Part shown: positions 9,038 to 16,967 of the stretch, one piece after another | Numbering within the stretch: position 1 is the first letter of the stretch | How the letters are laid out: every line of letters begins with the position of its first letter | Assembly: GCA_036265915.1 (NCBI GenBank) | Contig: DATAOC010000019.1 | Location: 37,006 to 101,005, forward strand | DNA: 64,000 nt | From: Candidatus Methylomirabilota bacterium | GTDB lineage: Bacteria > Methylomirabilota > Methylomirabilia > Rokubacteriales > CSP1-6 | Reading direction: 5' to 3' | The notes under the pieces: model-generated | Seen by the model: the letters and a program-made list of their open reading frames with translations, nothing else | The model's database searches: none | What the model was told of the DNA's origin: nothing | Translations under genes and position numbers: made by a program

Positions 9038-10845
9038 CAGCCGCTCCGGGGCTCCACCCACCACGTGTCGAAGCCGAGGTCGTACTTCGGCGGCTGGGCC
9101 GGACGGCCGAAGCGGTTCCAGTACGCGACGCGGAAGGCGGTGATGTGCCAGTGCGGAATCACGTAGTGGCCGGCGCGCAAGACCCGGTCGAGCGCGCGCG
9201 TGCGCGCGACGAGAGCGGGCCGGTCCGGCGCCGCGATGAGCCCGGCGATGAGCGCGTCGACGACGGGGTCGTCCACGCCGGCCAGGTTGCGGCTGCCCGG
9301 TGTTCGCGCCGCCTCCCGGCTCCAGTAGTCCGCCTGCTCGTTGCCGGGCGACAGCGACTGCGGAAATACGGCGACCGTCATGTCGAAGTCGAACTGCTTC
9401 AGCCGGTACTCGTACTGCGCGGCGTCGACGGTCCGGACGCGCGCGGCGACGCCGAGCCGCTCGAGGTTCTGGACGAACGGCAGCGTGATGCGCTCCCACT
9501 TCGGATCGTCGAGGAGGATCTCGAACGCCAGCGGCTGTCCGGTCGCCCGGCTCACCAGCCGCATGTCGCGCACGATCCAGCCGGCCTCGTCGAGCAGTCG
9601 CAGCGCGCGCACGAGGTTCGGTCGCAGGCCGCCGTCCGCGGTGGACGGCGGCCGCGGCGCCTCGCCGAAGACCGAGGCGGGCACGCGATCGCGGAACGGC
9701 GCCAGCACCTGGCGCTCGGCCTCCGTCGGCAGTCCCTGCGCCGCGAGCTCGGAGTTCGAGAAGTAGCTGGCGGTCCGCGTGTAGGCGCCGTAGAACAGAT
9801 GGGCATTCGTCCACTCGAAGTCGAACGCGTTGCCGAGCGCCTCGCGCACGCGCGGGTCGCGGAAGACGTCGCGGCGGGTGTTGTACACGAAGCCCTGCAT
9901 GCCGGTGGGGATCTGGTTCGGGATCTGTTCCTTGCGGATGCGCCCGTCGCGCACGGCGGGCACATCGTAGCCGGTCGCCCACTGCTTGGAGGAATCCTCC
10001 ACGCGGAAGTCGTACGCGCCGGCCTTGAAGGCCTCGAGGGCGACGGTGCCGTCGCGATAATAGTCGTAGCGGATCGTGCCGACGTTGAAGCGTCCGACGT
10101 TCACCGGCAGCTCGGCGGCCCAGTAGTCCGAGACGCGCTCGTAGGTGATCGAGCGACCGGGATCGATGGCGGCCACGCGGTAGGGGCCGCTGCCGAGCGG
10201 CGCTTCGAGCGAGGTGCGCGCGAAGTCCCGGCCTGACCACCACGCCTTGGAGAGCACGGGCATCTGGCCGACGATGAGCGGCAGCTCGCGATTCGTGCCA
10301 CCGCTGAAGGTGAACCGGACACGCCGCGGTCCGTCGGACTCCACGCGCGCCACGTGCGCGTAGTACGAGCGGTAGAACGGATGCCCCTTGGCCTTCAACG
10401 TCTCGAACGTCCAGATGACGTCACCGACGGTGATGGGCGTGCCGTCGTGGAATCGCGCCTGCGGCCGCAGCGTGAAGGCGACCCACGAGCGATCGGACGG
10501 CGTCTCGACGGTCTCGGCCACCAGACCGTACTGCGCGAATGCTTCGTCGCTGGCGCCGACCATCAGCGTGTCGAACACGTTGCCGAGCCCCACCGCCGGC
10601 ACGCCCTTCAAGATGAACGGATTCAGGCTGTCGAATGTCCCGATCGCCGACAGCGTCACCGTGCCGCCCTTGGGCGCGCGGGGATTCACGTAGTCGAAGT
10701 GCGCGAAGCCCGGACCATACTTCAGGTCGCCGTACATCGAGAGTCCGTGCGCGCCGCTCGCGGCGCGACCGACGGACGGCGGGAAGGCGGCGAGCATCGC
10801 GACGACGAGCAGCAGGAATGCGAGACGGCCGCGGTGACACCTCAT
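9037..10845 (-). CDS. yejA: Extracellular solute-binding protein, family 5 (YejA-type peptide/microcin C binding protein)
   Basis: Start chosen at MRCHRGRLAFLLLVVAMLAAF, which gives a signal peptide. The MYGDLKYGPGFAHFDYVNPRAPKGGT motif is typical of YejA. The stop overlaps the yejB start. Confidence 0.85.
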   Translation of the reverse strand: MRCHRGRLAFLLLVVAMLAAFPPSVGRAASGAHGLSMYGDLKYGPGFAHFDYVNPRAPKGGTVTLSAIGTFDSLNPFILKGVPAVGLGNVFDTLMVGASDEAFAQYGLVAETVETPSDRSWVAFTLRPQARFHDGTPITVGDVIWTFETLKAKGHPFYRSYYAHVARVESDGPRRVRFTFSGGTNRELPLIVGQMPVLSKAWWSGRDFARTSLEAPLGSGPYRVAAIDPGRSITYERVSDYWAAELPVNVGRFNVGTIRYDYYRDGTVALEAFKAGAYDFRVEDSSKQWATGYDVPAVRDGRIRKEQIPNQIPTGMQGFVYNTRRDVFRDPRVREALGNAFDFEWTNAHLFYGAYTRTASYFSNSELAAQGLPTEAERQVLAPFRDRVPASVFGEAPRPPSTADGGLRPNLVRALRLLDEAGWIVRDMRLVSRATGQPLAFEILLDDPKWERITLPFVQNLERLGVAARVRTVDAAQYEYRLKQFDFDMTVAVFPQSLSPGNEQADYWSREAARTPGSRNLAGVDDPVVDALIAGLIAAPDRPALVARTRALDRVLRAGHYVIPHWHITAFRVAYWNRFGRPAQPPKYDLGFDTWWVEPRSG

Positions 10846-10867
10846 CGAGACGAGGTGAATCTTACGG

Positions 10868-11461
10868 TCAGTCGGTCGGCGTGTCGATAGGCGGAGAGCC
10901 ACGTCGCGCGCAGTCGGGAGCTTCGATGCGTGTCCACACCTGGGCGAGATGGCCGAGCCGCCACGCCGCGGGCGGCAGCCACACGGTCGTCTGACGCTCC
11001 CCCGCGCCGATGCCGAGGCGGCCGTCGAAGCCGACCATGCGGATGGGAGCGATCGCGGTCGAGGAGGCCGACGGCGCCGTGTCGATCACGGAGTGCGGCA
11101 ACGGCGAGGCCGGTGCGCGCGCGCCGCCGTCGACGAGCACGACGGCGACCTCCTGCGCGGCGGCCGCCACGCGCACGAGCGCCCCGCGCCGGAGGCGCCG
11201 GCCACAGTCCACGCCCACGGGGATCACGAGCTCGCCGCGTTCTCGCTCGAGCACCACGCGAGGACCGCTCAGCACCTCCCGCACGATCGCGGCCGTCTCA
11301 CCGCGGTGCACCGCGCCGACCGGGACCACGGCAGGTCGCTCCGTCAGGACGGATGCCGACGGCGGCGGTGAGGACGACCCGGGCGCGGTCACGAGGAGCG
11401 GCCCGCCGCAGCCGGCGAGCATCGCCGCAATCACGCCGAGCACGGCGATACGCTGAGCCAT
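10868..11461 (-). CDS. Hypothetical lipoprotein (first gene of the yej operon)
   Basis: ATG 11461 is preceded by GGAGGAGGAT. A lipobox is present (MLAGC) after a hydrophobic h-region. The gene ends 22 nt upstream of the yejA start. I recognise no family. Confidence 0.55.
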   Translation of the reverse strand: MAQRIAVLGVIAAMLAGCGGPLLVTAPGSSSPPPSASVLTERPAVVPVGAVHRGETAAIVREVLSGPRVVLERERGELVIPVGVDCGRRLRRGALVRVAAAAQEVAVVLVDGGARAPASPLPHSVIDTAPSASSTAIAPIRMVGFDGRLGIGAGERQTTVWLPPAAWRLGHLAQVWTRIEAPDCARRGSPPIDTPTD

Positions 11462-11536
11462 ATCCTCCTCCTGCGCGATCAGTTCGTGCGCCGCGCGCCG
11501 TCGACGTTCGGTCGCGAGTGACCTCGCGCATGGGCG

Positions 11537-11552
11537 TGCATCCTGGTTGCCA
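11537..11552 (-). promoter_or_regulatory. Candidate sigma-54 (-24/-12) promoter for the lipoprotein-yejABEF operon
   Basis: The minus strand reads TGGCAAccaggATGCA, with correct GG-N10-GC spacing. It lies about 75 nt upstream of ATG 11461. It has two mismatches to TGGCAC-N5-TTGCA at weakly conserved positions. Confidence 0.4.
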
Positions 11553-11718
11553 GGCCCGCCCCGCGGCTGCGACACGCCAGGATGTCGTCGCGCGACATCA
11601 CGGCGCGCCGCTCACGTGCGCAGCGGTCCACCTGACGCTCGATGAGCCCTCACCGCGCCATGCCGCCGCGCCGATGACGGCCACGACCCACGCCCGGGGC
11701 GGGCGTGGGCCGACGACG

Positions 11719-12225
11719 CTACTTCGTACCCGACGACTGTCCCTGCGAGGGGGTACCCGACGACTGTCCCTGCGCGGAGCCGGACGGCATGCCGCTACCC
11801 GCGCCGGTGCTCGGTGAGGCCGCCGGACTCTGCTCCATCAGGCCGACCGCGACCGTGACCGTGTCACCCGTCTTGACGTGGGCGACCGCCGGCGGTGGGA
11901 ACCTGACGTTGACCTGTCCGTCCGGGGTCTCGAGAGAAAGCTTGCCGGACTGCGGGTCGACGGATGTGACTCGGCCTGTGACCTGTGCGGTGAACGCGCT
12001 CGCGACGACGGCGTCGTGTCCATCACCCCGGCCTTGCTGGCTCTGATCCTGCTGGGTCTGGCCGTGCTGACTGCCGATTCCCTGCTGCGGGGTTGTGCCC
12101 TGATATGGGGTGCTCGACCCCGACGTCGTTCCCTGCTGGGCGAGCGCGCTCGGCAGCCACGGCGCTGTCGCGAGCGTTGCAATGGCGAGCGCCGACAGCA
12201 TGAACGTGTACCGGATCTTCATCAT
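11719..12225 (-). CDS. Secreted Gln/Ser/Gly-rich protein with small beta-rich central domain
   Basis: An ATGATG start at 12225 is preceded by AAGGAG. A signal peptide is present (MMKIRYTFMLSALAIATLATAPWLPSALA). Low-complexity flanks surround a VTGRVTSVDPQSGKLSLETPDGQVNVRF core. Confidence 0.65.
   Translation of the reverse strand: MMKIRYTFMLSALAIATLATAPWLPSALAQQGTTSGSSTPYQGTTPQQGIGSQHGQTQQDQSQQGRGDGHDAVVASAFTAQVTGRVTSVDPQSGKLSLETPDGQVNVRFPPPAVAHVKTGDTVTVAVGLMEQSPAASPSTGAGSGMPSGSAQGQSSGTPSQGQSSGTK
11726..11774. repeat. 22-nt direct repeat, 27-nt period, inside the secreted-protein gene
   Basis: GTACCCGACGACTGTCCCTGCG occurs at 11726-11747 and again at 11753-11774. It encodes the repeated C-terminal GTPSQGQSS unit. 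Confidence 0.8.
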
Positions 12226-12306
12226 GGTGCTCCTTGTCGTTGTATTTCCGGCCCCGGGCCCCCACTCGCCGAGGCCAAGGGAGTGCGACGCAAGCCGTGC
12301 GCCACT

Positions 12307-12335
12307 GTAAACGACCCGGCCGCGCCGTGCGTCTA
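12307..12335 (+). promoter_or_regulatory. Candidate ECF (sigma-E-like) promoter upstream of htrA
   Basis: GTAAAC-N17-CGTCTA resembles the generic ECF AAC-N16/17-CGTC architecture. It lies 37 nt upstream of ATG 12372. htrA/degP genes are classic envelope-stress sigma targets. Confidence 0.35.
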
Positions 12336-12371
12336 TCTCGTGGTCGCGTTCAGCAAGGAGGAACGGTGCAC

Positions 12372-13718
12372 ATGAAGATTCGATCACTTATCAGTCTGCT
12401 TCTCGGCCTCACGCTCGGCGTCTCCGGAGGGATTGCGGCAACGGCCATCGCCGGTTCGGCCCCCGCCGTCGTGAGCGAGTCGGGCACCTTCGCGAAGCTC
12501 GCGGAGGCGGTGAAGCCGGCGGTCATCAACGTAAGCACGCAGCGCAAGGCGCCGGCGCCCTCGCCATTCGACCCGTTCGAAAACGGCCCCGAGCGCGGGC
12601 CCCGGCGCGGTATCGGCTCGGGCGTCATCATCGACGCCTCGGGAGTCGCGCTGACCAACGCGCACGTCGTGGATGGCGCCGATCAGGTCGAGGTCACGAT
12701 GCTCGACGGCACCACGCACCAAGCGAAGGTCGTCGGCATCGACAAGAAAACGGATCTCGCCGTCCTGCGTCTCGAGGGCGGCGGCAAGAGCTACCCGTTC
12801 CTGCCGCTGGGCGACTCGAACGCGGTGCAGGTCGGTGACTGGGTCATCGCCGTCGGCTCGCCGTTCGGCCTGCAGTCCACGGTGACGTCCGGCATCGTCA
12901 GCGCGAAGGCGCGCCAGATCGGATCCGGACCGTACGACGACTATCTGCAGACGGACGCGGCGATCAACCCGGGTAACTCCGGAGGCCCACTCGTGAACAT
13001 GCGGGGCGAGGTCATCGGGATCAACACCGCGATCGTGCGTGGAGGCTCGGGCATCGGCTTCGCGATCCCGGCCGAGATGGCCAAGCGAGTCGCCACGCAG
13101 CTCGTCGAGACCGGCAAGGTGACGCGCGGCTGGCTGGGCGTCACGCTGCAGCCGCTTACGCCGGAGCTCGCCACGTCATTCGGTGCGGAGGGAAAGAAGG
13201 GCGCGCTCATCGCCGACGTGGCGGAGGGCAGCCCGGCGGCCCGCGCAGGTCTCAAGTCCGGCGATGTCGTCCTGGCGGTCGACGGCCAGAACGTTGTTGA
13301 TCCGGGAGATGTCGCCCGCAAGGTCGGTCTCGCTGCGCCGGGTCGCAGGGAGACGCTGACCGTCTGGCGTGACCACGGGTCGCGGCAAGTCGACGTCGTC
13401 CTGGGCGAGGCGCCGGGCGAGCGGGAGGCCGCGCGGCTGGGGCTGGACGTTCGGCCGGTCACGCCCGAGCTCGCGCGTGAGCTGCACCGGCGGTCCACCG
13501 AAGGCGTCGTCGTGAGCGGCGTCGAGGAGGATTCCCCGGCGGCCGAGGCGGGGCTACAGCGCGGTGATGTGATCGTCGAGGTCAACCGCACGCCCGTCAA
13601 GGGCCTCTCCGACTTCGAGCGTGCTACGCGCAACGTCAAGAAGGGCGATCAGCTGACGCTACGGGTGGAGCGGGGCGACTCCGCGCTCTACGTTGCCGTC
13701 ACGCCGGGAAACGCGTAG
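12372..13718 (+). CDS. htrA: HtrA/DegP/DegQ-family periplasmic serine endoprotease with two PDZ domains
   Basis: ATG 12372 is preceded by AAGGAGGAA and followed by a signal peptide. The catalytic triad contexts are present (TNAHVV, DLAVLRL, GNSGGPL). Two PDZ-like segments follow. Confidence 0.92.
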   Translation: MKIRSLISLLLGLTLGVSGGIAATAIAGSAPAVVSESGTFAKLAEAVKPAVINVSTQRKAPAPSPFDPFENGPERGPRRGIGSGVIIDASGVALTNAHVVDGADQVEVTMLDGTTHQAKVVGIDKKTDLAVLRLEGGGKSYPFLPLGDSNAVQVGDWVIAVGSPFGLQSTVTSGIVSAKARQIGSGPYDDYLQTDAAINPGNSGGPLVNMRGEVIGINTAIVRGGSGIGFAIPAEMAKRVATQLVETGKVTRGWLGVTLQPLTPELATSFGAEGKKGALIADVAEGSPAARAGLKSGDVVLAVDGQNVVDPGDVARKVGLAAPGRRETLTVWRDHGSRQVDVVLGEAPGEREAARLGLDVRPVTPELARELHRRSTEGVVVSGVEEDSPAAEAGLQRGDVIVEVNRTPVKGLSDFERATRNVKKGDQLTLRVERGDSALYVAVTPGNA

Positions 13719-13738
13719 GGCGTTGAGGCGCGCTGCAC

Positions 13739-13769
13739 GGCGCCGGGACGCGGACGGCGTCCCGGCGCC
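13739..13769 (+). terminator. GC-rich hairpin downstream of htrA
   Basis: GGCGCCGGGACGC, a GGACG loop, then GCGTCCCGGCGCC form a 13-bp perfect stem. It starts 21 nt after the htrA stop. There is no U-tract. Confidence 0.5.
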
Positions 13770-13969
13770 TGCGGCGTGCGCGGCATGTCCGCCACGCGAT
13801 GCCGAACAGCATGCGCGGGCATCGGGCTGCAAGCGTCGGACCTTGCAGCGGCCGCGCATCTGCGGGCGCCGGCGCCATCGGCACGTGAGATGCACATGTC
13901 GAGAGCACGTGACGACGCGCCGTCGACGCGTGCAGAGCGCACCGACGACGTGGAGGAGCGGACGACACG

Positions 13970-14344
13970 ATGACGCCGATCGGACGACGGAGATGGGCGC
14001 TGGCTGAAGGGTACATTCCGGCGTGGAGTCACGGACCGGAGCCCGAGATGCTGAGCCACGAGACCGTCTGCCTCCTCAACGCCGGCTCACAGCCGGCACA
14101 CGTCGAGATCACGCTCTACTTCGCGAGTCGGGCGCCGGCCGGTCCGTACCGGCTCGTGGTTGGCGGCGAGCGGACGCTGCATCTGCGCTTCAACGAGCTG
14201 AAGGATCCCGAGCCGGTTCCCCGCGGCACCGACTACGCGAGCGTGATCGAGTCCGACGTCCCGATCGTCGTGCAGCACACGCGGCTCGATTCGCGGCAGT
14301 CGGAAAACGCGCTGATGACGACGGTCGCGTACGCGGAGGACTGA
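13970..14344 (+). CDS. Sensory rhodopsin transducer (ASRT) family protein
   Basis: The 124-aa product aligns along its full length with my recollection of Anabaena ASRT (WALAEGYIP, SHETVCLLNAG, AHVEITLYF, GPYRL, VPIVVQHTRLDSRQSENAL). A GGAGGAG motif lies 12 nt upstream. Confidence 0.85.
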   Translation: MTPIGRRRWALAEGYIPAWSHGPEPEMLSHETVCLLNAGSQPAHVEITLYFASRAPAGPYRLVVGGERTLHLRFNELKDPEPVPRGTDYASVIESDVPIVVQHTRLDSRQSENALMTTVAYAED

Positions 14345-14357
14345 GTCGGTCGGCCCG

Positions 14358-15611
14358 CTAGAGGACGCCCCGGAGCGGGAGCGCCAGGATCTCGAAGAGC
14401 CGCCGCCACACCGGCCGCTGCCGCCAGGTCGCGACGTCGAGGCGGCGTGCGAGACGCAGATCCGTCTCGAAGATCCGCGTCAGCTCGCCCGCAACGCCCG
14501 CGTCGTACGCGGCGACGTTGAGCTCGCGGTTCAGGCCGAGCGAGCGCATATCGACGTTCGCGCTGCCGATGCTGGCCCAGCGGTCGTCGATGACGAGCGT
14601 CTTGGCATGCAGGCGGGCCGCGGTGTACTCGTAGATCTCGATGCCGGCGGTCAGCAAGCGTCCGTAGGTGTGCCGTCCCGCCGCGCGCACGATGTTCCAG
14701 TCGATCGGTCCCGCCAGCAGTAGTTGCACGCGCACGTGGCGCTGCGCGGCCGCGCAGAGCGCGTCGAAGACGCGGGCGTCGGGGACGAAGTACGGCGTGG
14801 TGATGAGGACGGAGCGCCGGGCCGAGGCGATGGCGAGAAGCAACGTCGTGTAGACGCTCGTGTCGCCGTGCTCGGGGTCGCTGGCGATGACCTGCATTGC
14901 CGCGCCGCCGCCGCGGGCGAGCGGCGGAAAGAAGGCGGCGCCGCCGAGCACCGCGCCCGTCGCGTCGGCCCAGGCCCGCACGAATTCCGCCTGCAGCTGG
15001 CTGACGATCGGGCCCTCCAGGCGGACGTCGGTCTCGCGCCAGTGATCCGGCTGGCGGCCATTGCCGGTCCACCGTCGCCCGACGCCCCAGCCGCCGGTGA
15101 ATCCGACCGTTCCGTCGACGACCAGGATGCGCTGGTGGTTCCGATGATTGAGCTCGGTGACGTGAGAAAGCGGGTGGAACATCACGACCCGGCAGCCGGC
15201 GGCTTCGAGGCGCTGCCGGTGCGCGTCCGGCATCGCAAGGGCGCCGAACGCGTCGAGGAGGATGCTCACGCTGACCCCCGCGCGACAGCGCTCGGCCAGG
15301 GCATCGGACAGCGTCGAGCCGATCGCACCCGCGTCCCAGAAGTACTGCGCGTACGTGATCGTGTGCCGTGCGCGCCGTATGTCGGTGAGCACGGCCGGGA
15401 ACAGCTGCTCGCCGTTCTGTAAGATGCGAGCCGCGTTGTCCGGCTCGATCGGAGCGCCGGCGTAGGCCTCCATCGTGCGCGCGAACGCCGGCGTTCCGAC
15501 GACGACGTCCGGCAACGGCGCGCGGAGGGGCAGCGTCGCGCATCCGCCGGCGGCGAGCGCCGCCAGCGCGACGACGAGGCATGCGACGATCGGCTGCGGA
15601 CGAGTCAGCAC
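14358..15611 (-). CDS. cls: Cardiolipin synthase / phospholipase D family protein (lipoprotein-type N-terminus)
   Basis: It has two PLD motifs: HQRILVVDG...GG (a variant with Arg in place of Lys) and the canonical HAKTLVIDDRWASIGSANVD. The N-terminus carries LAAGGC. Confidence 0.85.
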   Translation of the reverse strand: MLTRPQPIVACLVVALAALAAGGCATLPLRAPLPDVVVGTPAFARTMEAYAGAPIEPDNAARILQNGEQLFPAVLTDIRRARHTITYAQYFWDAGAIGSTLSDALAERCRAGVSVSILLDAFGALAMPDAHRQRLEAAGCRVVMFHPLSHVTELNHRNHQRILVVDGTVGFTGGWGVGRRWTGNGRQPDHWRETDVRLEGPIVSQLQAEFVRAWADATGAVLGGAAFFPPLARGGGAAMQVIASDPEHGDTSVYTTLLLAIASARRSVLITTPYFVPDARVFDALCAAAQRHVRVQLLLAGPIDWNIVRAAGRHTYGRLLTAGIEIYEYTAARLHAKTLVIDDRWASIGSANVDMRSLGLNRELNVAAYDAGVAGELTRIFETDLRLARRLDVATWRQRPVWRRLFEILALPLRGVL

Positions 15612-15623
15612 CGACCGCCGGTG

Positions 15624-16967
15624 CTACGCCACCGTGTCACGACGTGACGGCGTGCGACGCTGGAGCGTCCGGACGCTGAGCCCCAGAATGCGCGCGGCCG
15701 CGCGCTTGTTGCCGTTCACCTGGGCGAGCACGCGGCGGATGTAGTCGTCCTCGAGCTCGGCCAGCGTCGGCGTCGGCCCCGAGTCGGACGCGACTCTCGG
15801 CGCCGGGAGCGGGGAGGTGAGATCCGGGAGGGCCAGGACATCGCCGGTCGCCAGCGTCACCGCGCGCTCGACGACGTTCTCGAGCTGTCGCACGTTGCCG
15901 GGCCAGCGCTGCTGCTTCAGCCACGCGATGGCGTCCGGGCTCAAACTCCGGACGTCCTTGCCGAGCCGTGCGGCGAAGCGCGTGAGAAAGTGCTGGGCGA
16001 GCGCGGGGATGTCCTCGGTCCGCTCCCGCAGCGTCGGCAGCTGGAGCGGGATGACGGCGAGGCGATAGTAGAGATCGGCACGAAAGTGTTTCTGATCGAC
16101 CAGCGTGGCGAGATCCTGATTCGTGGCCGTGATCACCCGCAGGTCGACCGGGATCTCCTCGCCGCCGCCGACCCGGCGCAGCTTGCGCTCCTGCAGCACG
16201 CGAAGCAGCTTGGACTGCAGGCCGAGCGGCATGTCGCCGATCTCGTCGAGAAGCAGCGTTCCCGTCTCCGCCTCGGCGAACAGGCCGCGGCGGCGCTGCG
16301 AGGCGCCGGTGAACGCGCCCTTTTCGTAGCCGAACAGCTCCGACTCCAGCAGCGTTTCCGGGATCGCCGCGCAGTTCACCGCCACGAACGGTCCGTGCCC
16401 GCGACGGCTCGCCGCGTGGATCGCGCGGGCGGCGAGCTCTTTCCCCGTGCCGCTCTCGCCGAGCAGGAGCACCGCCGCGTCGCTGTCGGCGATCGCGACG
16501 ATCTGCGCCTTGAGCGTACGCATGGCCGGCGAGTCACCGATGAGCGCCTCGAGTCCCTCGGGCGCCGCCGATGGGTGATCGACGGCGCCGCGCGGGCCTC
16601 GACGCCGGCGATCGAGTGCCCGCCGGACGGCGGCGGCGACGTCGCCGAGCTTGAACGGCTTCGTCAGATAATCATGCGCGCCTTCGCGGAGCGCGGTCAC
16701 GGCGCTCTCGAGTGTGCCGAAGGCCGTGATGAGAATGACGTCGGCCTCGGGGCGCGCCCGCTTGACGTGGCGCAGCACCGCGAGCCCGTCAACCCCTTCC
16801 ATGACGAGATCGGTCACGACCACGTCGAAGTGCTGACGGTCGAGCAGCGTGACCGCCTCGGCGCCGCCCGTCGCCGCCGCGGCGCGGAAGCCCTGATGCT
16901 GGAGGTACCGGGCGACCATGGCCGCCATCTCGGCATCGTCGTCGACGATCAGGATGTCAGCGTCCAT
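15624..16967 (-). CDS. Sigma-54-dependent response regulator (NtrC family: REC + AAA+ + Fis-type HTH)
   Basis: Starts [11 protein letters not shown]. It has Walker A GESGTGKE, the GAFTGA loop and a C-terminal HTH ([18 protein letters not shown]). It overlaps the kinase gene stop by 11 nt. Confidence 0.92.
   Translation of the reverse strand: MDADILIVDDDAEMAAMVARYLQHQGFRAAAATGGAEAVTLLDRQHFDVVVTDLVMEGVDGLAVLRHVKRARPEADVILITAFGTLESAVTALREGAHDYLTKPFKLGDVAAAVRRALDRRRRGPRGAVDHPSAAPEGLEALIGDSPAMRTLKAQIVAIADSDAAVLLLGESGTGKELAARAIHAASRRGHGPFVAVNCAAIPETLLESELFGYEKGAFTGASQRRRGLFAEAETGTLLLDEIGDMPLGLQSKLLRVLQERKLRRVGGGEEIPVDLRVITATNQDLATLVDQKHFRADLYYRLAVIPLQLPTLRERTEDIPALAQHFLTRFAARLGKDVRSLSPDAIAWLKQQRWPGNVRQLENVVERAVTLATGDVLALPDLTSPLPAPRVASDSGPTPTLAELEDDYIRRVLAQVNGNKRAAARILGLSVRTLQRRTPSRRDTVA

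Noticed and set aside
13776-13973. 65-aa ORF ending in an ATGA overlap with the ASRT start
   Set aside because: - Its third-position G/C bias is clearly lower than in real genes here.
- The sequence is Arg/Ala-rich with no fold signature.
- The region is better explained as the htrA terminator plus the ASRT promoter/leader.
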